Positions 13,832 through 27,010 of a stretch of DNA of 64,000 nucleotides are shown piece after piece (position 1 is the stretch's first letter; the number at the start of each line of letters is the position of its first letter). A program made the position numbers and the translations under genes. The notes beneath the pieces were generated by a model. That model was not told the origin of the DNA. It saw nothing but the letters and a program-made list of their open reading frames with translations, and did not search any database. Location of the stretch: assembly GCA_964016885.1 (NCBI GenBank), contig OZ024751.1:2356001-2420000 (forward strand). The letters are read 5' to 3'. The DNA comes from Eledone cirrhosa (taxonomy: Eukaryota).

Positions 13832-16800
13832 CTGTCATGTTGCACCTTCTCTGTTGAAATGTCATGTAGATCTGTCATGTTGAACCTTCTCTGTTGAACT
13901 GTCATATTGAACCTTCTCTGTTGAACTGTCATGTTGGACCTTCTCTGTTGAACTGTCATATGGAAGCTTCCCTGTTCAACTGTCATGTAGAACCTTTTCT
14001 GTTTAACTGTCATATTGAACTTTCTCTGTTGAACTGTCATGCTGAACCTTCCTTGTTGAACTGTCATGTTGAACCTTCTCTGTTGAAATGTCATGTTGAA
14101 CCTTCTATGTTGAACTGTCATATTGAACCTTCTCTGTTGAACTGTCATGTTGAACCTTCTCTTTTGAACTGTCATATTGAGCCTTCTCTGTTGAACTGTC
14201 ATGTTGAACCTTCTCTGTTGAACTGTCATATTGAACCTTCCCTGTTCAACTGCCATGTTGAACCTTCTGTTTAACTGTCATATTGAACTTTCTCTGTTGA
14301 ACTGTCATGCTGAACCTTCCTTGTTGAACTGTCATGTTGAACCTTCTGTGTTGAACTGTCATAATGAACCTTCCCTGTTGAACTCTCATGTTGGACCTTC
14401 CCTGTTTAACTGTCATATTGAACCTTCTCTGTTAAACTGTCATGCTGAACCTTCCCTGTTGAACTATCAGATTGAACTTTCTCTGTTGAACTGTCATGTT
14501 GAACCTACTCTGTTGAACTGTCATGCTGAAACTTCCTTTTTGAGCTGTCATATTGAACCTTCTCTGTTTCACTGTCATGCTGAACCTTCCCTGTTGAACT
14601 GTCATGTTGAACTTTCTCTGTTGAGCTGTCATGCTAAACCTTCCCTGTTTAACTGTCATGCTGAACATTCTCTGTTGAATTGTCATATTGAACTTTCTCT
14701 GTTGAACTGTCATGCTGAACCTTCCCTGTTGAACTGTCATGCTGAACCTTCCTTGTTGAGCTGTCATGTTGAACCTTCTCTGTTGAACTGTCATATTGAA
14801 CCTTCTCTGTTGAACTGTCATGTTGAACCTTCTCTGTTGAACTGTCAGGTTGAACCTTCTCTGTTGAACTGTCATATTGAAACTCCCCTGTTGAAATGTC
14901 ATGTTGAACCTTCTCTGTTGAACTGTCATGCTGAACGTTCCCTGTTGAACTATCATATTTAACTTTCTCTGTTGAACTGTCATGTTGAACCTACTCTGTT
15001 GAACTGTGATGCTGAATCTTCCCTGTTGAACTGTCATGATGAACGTTCCCTGTTTAACTGTCATGCTGAACCTTCTATGTTGAATTGACATGCTGAACAT
15101 TCCCTGTTGAACTGTCATGTTGGACCTTCTCTGTTTAACTGTCATATTGAACTTTCTCTGTTGAACTGTCATGCTGAACCTTCCTTGTTGAACTGTCATG
15201 TTGAACCTTCTCTGTTGAACTATCATATTGAATCTTCTCTGTTGAACTGTCATGTTGGACGTTCTCTGTTTAACTGTCATATTGAACCTTCTCTGTTTAA
15301 CTGTCATATTGAACTTTCTCTGTTGAACTGTCATATTGAAGCTTCCCTGTTGAACTGTCATGTTGAACCTTCTCTGTTTAAGTGTCATATTGAACTTTCT
15401 CTGTTGAACTGTCATGCTGAACCCTACTTGTTTAACTGTCATTTTGAACCTTCTCTGTTGAACTGTCATATTGAAGCTTCTCTGTTGAACTGTCATACTG
15501 AACCTTCTCTGTTGAACTGTCATATTGAACCTTCCCTGTTGAACTGTCATGTTGGACCTTGCCCGTTTAACTGTCATATTGAACCTTCCCTGTTGAACTG
15601 TTATATTGAACTTTCTCTGTTGAACTGTCATGCTGAACCTTCTCTGTTGAACTGTCATGCTGAACCTTCCCTGTTGACCTGTCATGTTGGACCTTCTCTG
15701 TGTAACTGTAATATTGAACCTTCTCTGTTTAACTGTCATATTGAACCTTCTCTGTTGAACTGTCATATTGAACCTTCCCTGTTGAACTGTCATGTTGAAC
15801 CTTCACTGTTTAACTGTCATATTGTACATTCTCTGTTTAACTGTCATGCTGAAACTTCCTTGTTGAACTGTCATGTTGAACCTTCTCTGTTGAACTGTCA
15901 TAATGAACCTTATCTGTTGAACTGTCATGTTGGACCTTCTCTGTTTAACTGTCATATTGAACTTTCTCTGTTGAACTGTCATACTGAACCTTCTCTGTTG
16001 AACTGTCATATTGAACCTTCTCTGTTGAACTGTCATGTTGGACCTTCCCTGTTTAACTGTCATATTGAACCTTCGCTGTTGAACTGCCATATTAAACTTT
16101 CTCTGTTGAACTGTCATGCTGAACCTTCCCTGTTGAACTGTCATGCTGAACCTTCCCTGTTTAACTGTCATGCTGAACCTTCTATGTTGAATTGACATGC
16201 TGAACATTCCCTGTTGAACTGTCATGTTGGACCTTCTCTGTTTAACTGTCATATTGAACTTTCTCTGTTGAACTGTCTTGCTGAACCTTCCTTGTTGAAC
16301 TGTCATGTTGAACCTTCTCTGTTGAACTGTCATATTGAACCTTCTCTTTTGAACTGTCATGTTGGACCTTCTCTGTTGAACCGTCATATTGAACCTTCTC
16401 TGTAGAACTGTCATATTGAACCTTCTTTGTTTAACTGTCATGTTGAACTTTCTCTGTTGAACTGTCATATTGAACATTCTCTGTTGAACTGTCATGTTGG
16501 ACCTTCTCTGGTTAACTGTCATATTGAACCTTCTCTGTTTAACTCTCATATTGAACTTTCTCTGTTGAACTGTCATGCTTAACCTTCCCTGTTGAACTGT
16601 CATATTGAACCTTTTGTGTTGAACTGTAATGCTGAACCTTCCCTGTTGAACTGTCATATTGAACCTTCTCTGTTGAACTGTCATGTTGGACAATCTCTGT
16701 TTAACTGTCATATTGAACCTTCTTTGTTTAACTATGATATTGAACTTTCTCTGTTGAACTGTCATGCTGAATCTTCCCTGTTGAACTGTCATATTGAACC

Positions 16801-19800
16801 TTTCCTGTTGAACTGTCATGTTGAACCTTCTCTGTTTAACTGTCATATTGATCTTTCTCTGTTAAACAGTCATGCTGAACCTTCCTTGTTGAACTGTCAT
16901 GTTGAACCTTCTCTATTGAACTGTTATGTTGGACCTTCTCTGTTGAACTGTCATATTGAACTTTCTCTGTTGAACTGTCATGCTGAACCTTCCCTGTTGA
17001 ACTGTCATGCTGAACATTCCCTGTTTAACTGTCATGTTGAACTTACTCTGTTGAACTGTCATGCTGAATATTCCCTGTTGAACTGTCGTGCTGAACCTTC
17101 CCTCTTTAACTGTTATATTTAACTTTCTCTGTAGAACTGTCATGCTGAACCTTCCCTGTTGAACTGTCATGCTGAATATTCCCTGTTGAACTGTGATGCT
17201 GAACCTTCCCTGTTGAACTGTCATATTGAACATTCCCTGTTGAACTGTCATGTTGAACCTTCTCTGTTTAACTGTCATATTGAACTTTCTCTGTTGAACT
17301 GTCATGCTGAACCCTCCTTGTTGAACTGTCATTTTGAACCTTCTCTGTTTAACTGTCATGCTGAAATTTTTCTGTTGAACTGTCATATTGAACTTTCTCT
17401 GTTGAACTGTCATGCTGAACCTTCCCTGTTGAACTGTCATGCTGAACATTCCCTGCTGAACTGTCATGTTGAACCTTCTCTTTTGAACTGTCATGTTGCA
17501 CCTTCTCTGTTGAAATGTCATGTAGATCTGTCATGTTGAACCTTCTCTGTTGAACTGTCATATTGAACCTTCTCTGTTGAACTGTCATGTTGGACCTTCT
17601 CTGTTGAACTGTCATATGGAAGCTTCCCTGTTCAACTGTCATGTAGAACCTTTTCTGTTTAACTGTCATATTGAACTTTCTCTGTTGAACTGTCATGCTG
17701 AACCTTCCTTGTTGAACTGTCATGTTGAACCTTCTCTGTTGAAATGTCATGTTGAACCTTCTATGTTGAACTGTCATATTGAACCTTCTCTGTTGAACTG
17801 TCATGTTGAACCTTCTCTTTTGAACTGTCATATTGAGCCTTCTCTGTTGAACTGTCATGTTGAACCTTCTCTGTTGAACTGTCATATTGAACCTTCCCTG
17901 TTCAACTGCCATGTTGAACCTTCTGTTTAACTGTCATATTGAACTTTCTCTGTTGAACTGTCATGCTGAACCTTCCTTGTTGAACTGTCATGTTGAACCT
18001 TCTGTGTTGAACTGTCATAATGAACCTTCCCTGTTGAACTCTCATGTTGGACCTTCCCTGTTTAACTGTCATATTGAACCTTCTCTGTTAAACTGTCATG
18101 CTGAACCTTCCCTGTTGAACTATCAGATTGAACTTTCTCTGTTGAACTGTCATGTTGAACCTACTCTGTTGAACTGTCATGCTGAAACTTCCTTTTTGAG
18201 CTGTCATATTGAACCTTCTCTGTTTCACTGTCATGCTGAACCTTCCCTGTTGAACTGTCATGTTGAACTTTCTCTGTTGAGCTGTCATGCTAAACCTTCC
18301 CTGTTTAACTGTCATGCTGAACCTTCTCTGTTGAATTGTCATATTGAACTTTCTCTGTTGAACTGTCATGCTGAACCTTCCCTGTTGAACTGTCATGCTG
18401 AACCTTCCTTGTTGAGCTGTCATGTTGAACCTTCTCTGTTGAACTGTCATATTGAACCTTCTCTGTTGAACTGTCATGTTGAACCTTCTCTGTTGAACTG
18501 TCAGGTTGAACCTTCTCTGTTGAACTGTCATATTGAAACTCCCCTGTTGAAATGTCATGTTGAACCTTCTCTGTTGAACTGTCATGCTGAACGTTCCCTG
18601 TTGAACTATCATATTTAACTTTCTCTGTTGAACTGTCATGTTGAACCTACTCTGTTGAACTGTGATGCTGAATCTTCCCTGTTGAACTGTCATGATGAAC
18701 GTTCCCTGTTTAACTGTCATGCTGAACCTTCTATGTTGAATTGACATGCTGAACATTCCCTGTTGAACTGTCATGTTGGACCTTCTCTGTTTAACTGTCA
18801 TATTGAACTTTCTCTGTTGAACTGTCATGCTGAACCTTCCTTGTTGAACTGTCATGTTGAACCTTCTCTGTTGAACTATCATATTGAATCTTCTCTGTTG
18901 AACTGTCATGTTGGACGTTCTCTGTTTAACTGTCATATTGAACCTTCTCTGTTTAACTGTCATATTGAACTTTCTCTGTTGAACTGTCATATTGAAGCTT
19001 CCCTGTTGAACTGTCATGTTGAACCTTCTCTGTTTAAGTGTCATATTGAACTTTCTCTGTTGAACTGTCATGCTGAACCCTACTTGTTTAACTGTCATTT
19101 TGAACCTTCTCTGTTGAACTGTCATATTGAAGCTTCTCTGTTGAACTGTCATACTGAACCTTCTCTGTTGAACTGTCATATTGAACCTTCCCTGTTGAAC
19201 TGTCATGTTGGACCTTGCCCGTTTAACTGTCATATTGAACCTTCCCTGTTGAACTGTTATATTGAACTTTCTCTGTTGAACTGTCATGCTGAACCTTCTC
19301 TGTTGAACTGTCATGCTGAACCTTCCCTGTTGACCTGTCATGTTGGACCTTCTCTGTGTAACTGTAATATTGAACCTTCTCTGTTTAACTGTCATATTGA
19401 ACCTTCTCTGTTGAACTGTCATATTGAACCTTCCCTGTTGAACTGTCATGTTGAACCTTCACTGTTTAACTGTCATATTGTACATTCTCTGTTTAACTGT
19501 CATGCTGAAACTTCCTTGTTGAACTGTCATGTTGAACCTTCTCTGTTGAACTGTCATAATGAACCTTATCTGTTGAACTGTCATGTTGGACCTTCTCTGT
19601 TTAACTGTCATATTGAACTTTCTCTGTTGAACTGTCATACTGAACCTTCTCTGTTGAACTGTCATATTGAACCTTCTCTGTTGAACTGTCATGTTGGACC
19701 TTCCCTGTTTAACTGTCATATTGAACCTTCGCTGTTGAACTGCCATATTAAACTTTCTCTGTTGAACTGTCATGCTGAACCTTCCCTGTTGAACTGTCAT

Positions 19801-21150
19801 GCTGAACCTTCCCTGTTTAACTGTCATGCTGAACCTTCTATGTTGAATTGACATGCTGAACATTCCCTGTTGAACTGTCATGTTGGACCTTCTCTGTTTA
19901 ACTGTCATATTGAACTTTCTCTGTTGAACTGTCTTGCTGAACCTTCCTTGTTGAACTGTCATGTTGAACCTTCTCTGTTGAACTGTCATATTGAACCTTC
20001 TCTTTTGAACTGTCATGTTGGACCTTCTCTGTTGAACCGTCATATTGAACCTTCTCTGTAGAACTGTCATATTGAACCTTCTTTGTTTAACTGTCATGTT
20101 GAACTTTCTCTGTTGAACTGTCATATTGAACATTCTCTGTTGAACTGTCATGTTGGACCTTCTCTGGTTAACTGTCATATTGAACCTTCTCTGTTTAACT
20201 CTCATATTGAACTTTCTCTGTTGAACTGTCATGCTTAACCTTCCCTGTTGAACTGTCATATTGAACCTTTTGTGTTGAACTGTAATGCTGAACCTTCCCT
20301 GTTGAACTGTCATATTGAACCTTCTCTGTTGAACTGTCATGTTGGACAATCTCTGTTTAACTGTCATATTGAACCTTCTTTGTTTAACTATGATATTGAA
20401 CTTTCTCTGTTGAACTGTCATGCTGAATCTTCCCTGTTGAACTGTCATATTGAACCTTTCCTGTTGAACTGTCATGTTGAACCTTCTCTGTTTAACTGTC
20501 ATATTGATCTTTCTCTGTTAAACAGTCATGCTGAACCTTCCTTGTTGAACTGTCATGTTGAACCTTCTCTGTTGAACTGTTATGTTGGACCTTCTCTGTT
20601 GAACTGTCATATTGAACTTTCTCTGTTGAACTGTCATGCTGAACCTTCCCTGTTGAACTGTCATGCTGAACATTCCCTGTTTAACTGTCATGTTGAACTT
20701 ACTCTGTTGAACTGTCATGCTGAATATTCCCTGTTGAACTGTCGTGCTGAACCTTCCCTCTTTAACTGTTATATTTAACTTTCTCTGTAGAACTGTCATG
20801 CTGAACCTTCCCTGTTGAACTGTCATGCTGAATATTCCCTGTTGAACTGTGATGCTGAACCTTCCCTGTTGAACTGTCATATTGAACATTCCCTGTTGAA
20901 CTGTCATGTTGAACCTTCTCTGTTTAACTGTCATATTGAACTTTCTCTGTTGAACTGTCATGCTGAACCCTCCTTGTTGAACTGTCATTTTGAACCTTCT
21001 CTGTTTAACTGTCATGCTGAAATTTTTCTGTTGAACTGTCATATTGAACTTTCTCTGTTGAACTGTCATGCTGAACCTTCCCTGTTGAACTGTCATGCTG
21101 AACATTCCCTGCTGAACTGTCATGTTGAACCTTCTCTTTTGAACTGTCAT
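13832..21150 (+). repeat. Near-perfect tandem duplication of a 3656-bp block (13832-17487 and 17488-~21150)
   Basis: ORF pairs 13894/17550, 14231/17887, 15107/18763, 16592/20248 and 17159/20815 all have offset 3656. AGATCT occurs at 13868 and 17524. 3656 = 135x27 + 13 (extra half-unit) - 2 (deletion near 14266). Confidence 0.95.
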
Positions 21151-24100
21151 GTTGGACCTTCTCTGTTGAACCGTCATATTGAACCTTCTCTGTAGAACTG
21201 TCATATTGAACCTTCTTTGTTTAACTGTCATGTTGAACTTTCTCTGTTGAACTGTCATATTGAACATTTTCTGTTGAACTGTCATGTTGGACCTTCTCTG
21301 TTTAACTGTCATATTGAACCTTCTCTGTTTAACTCTCATATTGAACTTTCTCTTTTGAACTGTCATGCTGAATATTCCCTGTTGAACTGTCGTGCTGAAC
21401 CTTCCCTCTTTAACTGTCATATTGAACTTTCTCTGTAGAACTGTCATGCTGAACCTTCCCTGTTGAACTGTCATATTGAACCTTCTCTGTTGAACTGTCA
21501 TGCTGAACCTTCCCTGTTGAACTGTCATATTGAACCTTTTCTGTTGAACTGTCATGCTGAACCTTCCCTGTTGAACTGTCATGCTGAACATTACCTGTTT
21601 AACTGTCATATTGAACCTTCCCTGTTGAACTGTCATGTTGAACCTTCTCTGTTTAACTGTCATATTGAACTTTCTCTGTTAAACAGTCATGCTGAACCTT
21701 CCTTGTTGAACTGTCATGTTGAACCTTCTCTGTTGAACTGTCATATTGAACTTTCTCTGTTGAACTGTTATGCTGAATCTTCCCTGTTGAACTCTCATAT
21801 TGAACCTTCCCTGTTTAACTGTCATATTGAACTTTCTCTGTAGAACTGTCATGCTGAACCTTCCTTGTTGAACTGTCATGTTGAACCTTCTCTGTTTAAC
21901 CGTCATGCTGAACTTTCTCTGTTGAACTGTCATGATCAACCTTCCCTGTTGAACTGTCATGCTGAACATTCCCTGTTTAACTGTCATATTGAACTTTCTC
22001 TGTTGAACTGTCATGCTGAATATTCCCTGTTGAACTGTCATGCTGAACCTTCCCTCTTTAACTGTCATATTGAACTTTCTCTGTAGAACTGTCATGCTGA
22101 CCCTTCCCTGTTGAACTGTCATATTGAACCTTCTCTGTTGAACTGTCATGCTGAACCTTCCCTGTTGAACTGTCATATTGAAACTTCCCTGTTGAACTGT
22201 CATGTTGAACCTTCTCTGTTTAATTGTCATATTGAACTTTCTCTGTTGAACTGTCATGGACCTTCTCTGTTTAACTGTCATATTGAACCTTCTCTGTTTA
22301 ACTATCATATTGAACTTTCTCTGTTGAACTGTGATGCTGAACCTTCCCTGTTGAACTGTCATATTGAACCTTCCCTGTTGAACTGTCATGTTGAACCTTC
22401 TCTGTTTAACTGTCATATTGAACTTTCTCTGTTGAACTGTCATGCTGAACCCTCCTTGTTGAACTGTCATGTTGAACCTTCTCTGTTTAACTGTCATGCT
22501 GAAATTTTTCTGTTGAACTGTCATGTTGAACTTTCTCTGTTGAACTGTCATGCTGAACATTCCCTGTTGAACTGTCATGCTGAACCTTCCTTGTTGAACT
22601 GTCATATTGAACTTTCTCTGTTGAACTGTCATGCTGAATCTTCCCTGTTGAACTCTCATATTGAACCTTCCCTGTTGAACTGTCATGTTGAACCTTCTCT
22701 GTTTAACTGTCATATTGAACTTTCTCTGTAGAACTGTCATGCTGAACCTTCCTTGTTTAACTGTCATGTTGAACCTTCTCTGTTTAACTGTCATGCTGAA
22801 CATTCCCTGTTTAACTGTCATATTGAACTTTCTCTGTTGAACTGTCATGCTGAATCTTCCGTGTTTAACTGTCAGGTTGGACCTTCTCTGTTGAACTGTC
22901 ATATTGAACTTTCTCTTTTGAACTATCATGCTGAACGTTCTCTGTTGAACTGTCATGCTGAACCTTCCTTGTTGAGCTGTCATGTTGAACCTTCTATGTT
23001 TAACTGTCATATTGAACTTTCTCTGTTGAACTGTCATGCTGAACACTCCTTGTTGAACTGTCATGTTGAACCTTCTCTGTTTAACTGTCATGCTGAAATT
23101 TTTCTGTTGAACTGTCTTATTGAACTCTCTCTGTTGAACTGTCATGCTGAACCTTCCCTGTTGAACTGTCATGCTGAACCTTCCTTGTTGAACTGTCATG
23201 TTGAACCTTCTCTGTTTAACTGTCATGCTGAACATTCCCTGTTTAACTGTCATATTGAACTTTCTCTGTTGAACTGTCATGCTGTATCTTCCCTGTTTAA
23301 CTGTCATGTTGGACCTTCTCTGTTGAACTGTCATGCTGAACATTCCCTGTTTAACTGTCATATTGAACTTTCTCTGTTGAACTGTCATGCTGAATCTTCC
23401 TTGTTGAGCTGTCATGTTGTACATTCTCTGTTGAACTGTCATATTGAACCTTCTCTGCTGAACTGTCATGTTGGACCTTCTTTGTTGAACTGTCATATTG
23501 AACTTTCTCTGTTGAACTGTCATGCTGAATCTTCCTTGTTGAGCTGTCATGTTGTACATTCTCTGTTGAACTCTCATATTGAACCTTCCCTGTTGAACTG
23601 TCATGTTGAACCTTCTCTGTTTAACTGTCATATTGAACTTTCTCTGTAGAACTGTCATGCTGAACCTTCCTTGTTGAACTGTCATGTTGAACCATCTCTG
23701 TTTAACTGTCATGCTGAACATTCACTGTTTAACTGTCATATTGAACTTTCTCTGTTGAACTGTCATGCTGAATCTTCCCTGTTGAAATGTCATGTTGGAC
23801 CTTCTCTGTTGAACTGTCATATTGAACTTTCTCTTTTGAACTATCATGCTGAACGTTCTCTGTTGAACTGTCATGCTGAACCTTCCTTGTTGAGCTGTCA
23901 TGTTGAACCTTCTCTGTTGAACTGTCATATTGAACTTTCTCTGTTGAATTGACATGCTGAACCTTCCTTGTTGAACTGTCATGTTGAACCTTCTCTGTTG
24001 AACTGTCATATTGGACCTTCTCTGTTGAACTGTCATATTGAACCTTCTCTGTAGAACTGTCATATTGAACCTTCTCTGTCTAACTGTCATATTGAACTGT

Positions 24101-24429
24101 CTCTGTTGAACTGTCATACTGAAACTTCTCTGTTGAACTGTCATATTGAACTTTCTCTGTTGAACTGTCATGCTGAACCTTCCCTGTTGTACAGTCATAT
24201 TGAACCTTCTCTGTTGAACTGTCATTCTGAACCTTCCTGTTGAAATGTCATATTGAACTTTTTCTGTTGAACTGTTATGCTGAACCTTCTCTGTTGAACT
24301 GTAATATTGAACCTTCTCTGTTGAACTGTCATGCTGAACCTTCCCTGTTAAACTGTCATGCTGAACGTTTCCTGTTTAACTGTCATTTTGAACTTTATCT
24401 GTTGAACTGTCATGCTGAATTTTCCCTGT

Positions 24430-25210
24430 TGAACTGTCATATTGAACCTTCTCTGTTGAACTGTCATGTTGGACCTTCTCTGTTTAACTATCATATTGAA
24501 CCTTCTCTGTTTAATTATCATATTGAACTTTCTCTGTTGAACTGTCTTCCTGAATCTTCCCTGTTGAACTGTCATGCTGAACCCTCTCTGTTGCACTGTC
24601 GTATTGAACCTTCCCTGTTGAACTGTGATGTTGGACCTTCCCTGTTTAACTGTCATATTGAACCTTCCCTGTTGAACTGTTATATTGAACCTTCCCTGTT
24701 GAACTGTCATATTGAACTTTCCCTGTTGAACTGTCATGCTGAAACTTCCCTGTTGAACTGTCATGCTGAACCTTCCCTGTTTAACTGTCATATTGAACTT
24801 TCTCTGTTGAACTGTCATGCTGAACATTCCCTGTTGAACTGTAATTTTGAACCTTCTCTGTTGAACTGTGATGCTGAACCTTCCCTGTTGAACTATCATA
24901 TTGAACCTTCTCTGTTGAACTGTCATGTTGGACGTTCTCTGTTTAACTATCATATTGAACCTTCTCTGCTTAATTATCATATTGAACTTTCTCTGTTGAA
25001 CTGTCTTCCTGAATCTTCCCTGTTGAACTGTCATGCTGAACCCTCTCTGTTGCACTGTCGTATTGAACCTTCCCTGTTGAACTGTGATGTTGGACCTTCC
25101 CTGTTTAACTGTCATATTGAACCTTCCCTGTTGAACTGTTATATTGAACCTTCCCTGTTGAACTGTCATATTGAACTTTCCCTGTTGAACTGTCATGCTG
25201 AAACTTCTCT
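24430..25210 (+). repeat. Local 459-bp (17-monomer) duplication
   Basis: ctgtcttcctgaatc occurs at 24542 and 25001, and ttgcactgtcgtattg follows both. The segment is repeated within ORF 24240..25391. Confidence 0.85.
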
Positions 25211-25589
25211 GTTGAACTGTCATGTTGAACATTCTCTTTTTAACTGTCATGCTGACCCTTCTCTGTTGAACTGTCATATTGAACTTTCTCTGTTGAACTG
25301 TCATGCTGAATCTTCCCTGTTGAACTGTCATGCTGAACCTTCCCTGTTTAACTGTCATATTGAACTTTCTCTGTTGAACTGTCATGCTTAACATTCCCTG
25401 TTGAACTGTCATTTTGAACCTTCTCTGTTGAACTGTGATGCTGAACCTTCCCTGTTGAACTATCATATTGAACCTTCTCTGTTTAACTGTCATATTGAAC
25501 TTTCTGTGTTGAACTGTCATATTGAACCTTCCCTGTTGAACTGTCATGTTGATCCTTCTCTGTTTAACTGTCATATTGAACTTTCTCTG

Positions 25590-27010
25590 TTGAACTGTCA
25601 TGCTGAACCCTACTTGTTTAACTGTCATTTTGAACCTTCTCTGTTGAACTGTCATATTGAAGCTTCTCTGTTGAACTGTCATACTGAACATTCTCTGTTG
25701 AACTGTCATATTGAACCTTCCCTGTTGAACTGTCATGTTGGACCTTCCCCGTTTAACTGTCAAATTGAACCTTCCCTGTTGAACTGTTATATTGAACTTT
25801 CTCTGTTGAACTGTCATGCTGAACCTTCCTTGTTGAACTGTCATGTTGAACCTTCTATGTTGAACTGTCATGCTGAACCTTCCCTGTTGACCTGTCATGT
25901 TGGACCTTCTCTGTGTAACTGTCATATTGAACTTTCTCTGTAGAACTGTCATGCTGAACCTTCCCTGTTGAACTGTCATGCTGAATATTCCCTGTTGAAC
26001 TGTGATGCTGAACCTTCCCTGTTGAACGGTCATATTGAACATTCCCTGTTGAACTGTCATGTTGAACCTTCTCTGTTTAACTGTCATATTGAACTTTCAC
26101 TGTTGAACTGTCATGCTGAACCCTCCTTGTTGAACTGTCATTTTGAACCTTCTCTGTTTTACTGTCATGCTGAAATTTTTCTGTTGAACTGTCATATTGA
26201 ACTTTCTCTGTTGAACTGTCATGCTGAACCTTCCCTGTTGAACTGTCATGCTGAACATTCCCTGTTGAACTGTCATGTTGAACCTTCTCTGTTGAACTGT
26301 CATATTGAACCTTCTCTTTTGAACTGTCATGTTGGACCTTCTCTGTTGAACCGTCATATTGAACCTTCTCTGTAGAACTGTCATATTGAACCTTCTTTGT
26401 TTAACTGTCATGTTGAACTTTCTCTGTTGAACTGTCATATTGAACATTTTCTGTTGAACTGTCATGTTGGACCTTCTCTGTTTAACTGTCATATTGAACC
26501 TTATCTGTTTAACTCTCATATTGAACTTTCTCTGTTGAACTGTCATGCTGAACCCTACTTGTTTAACTGTCATTTTGAACCTTCTCTGTTGAACTGTCAT
26601 ATTGAAGCTTCTCTGTTGAACTGTCATACTGAACATTCTCTGTTGAACTGTCATATTGAACCTTCCCTGTTGAACTGTCATGTTGGACCTTCCCCGTTTA
26701 ACTGTCAAATTGAACCTTCCCTGTTGAACTGTTATATTGAACTTTCTCTGTTGAACTGTCATGCTGAACCTTCTCTGTTGAAATGTCATGCTGAACCTTC
26801 CCTGTTTAACTGTCATGCTGAACCTTCCTTGTTGAACTGTCATGTTGAACCTTCTATGTTGAACTGTCATGCTGAACCTTCCCTGTTGACCTGTCATGTT
26901 GGACCTTCTCTGTGTAAATGTCATATTGAACTTTCTCTGTAGAACTGTCATGCTGAACCTTCCCTGTTGAACTGTCATGCTGAATATTCCCTGTTGAACT
27001 GTGATGCTGA
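25590..27010 (+). repeat. Local duplication at offset 945 bp (35 monomers)
   Basis: ccctacttgtttaactgtcattttg occurs at ~25608 and ~26553. Both copies are followed by tccccgtttaactgtcaaattg and ttgacctgtcatgttggacc. Confidence 0.8.
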
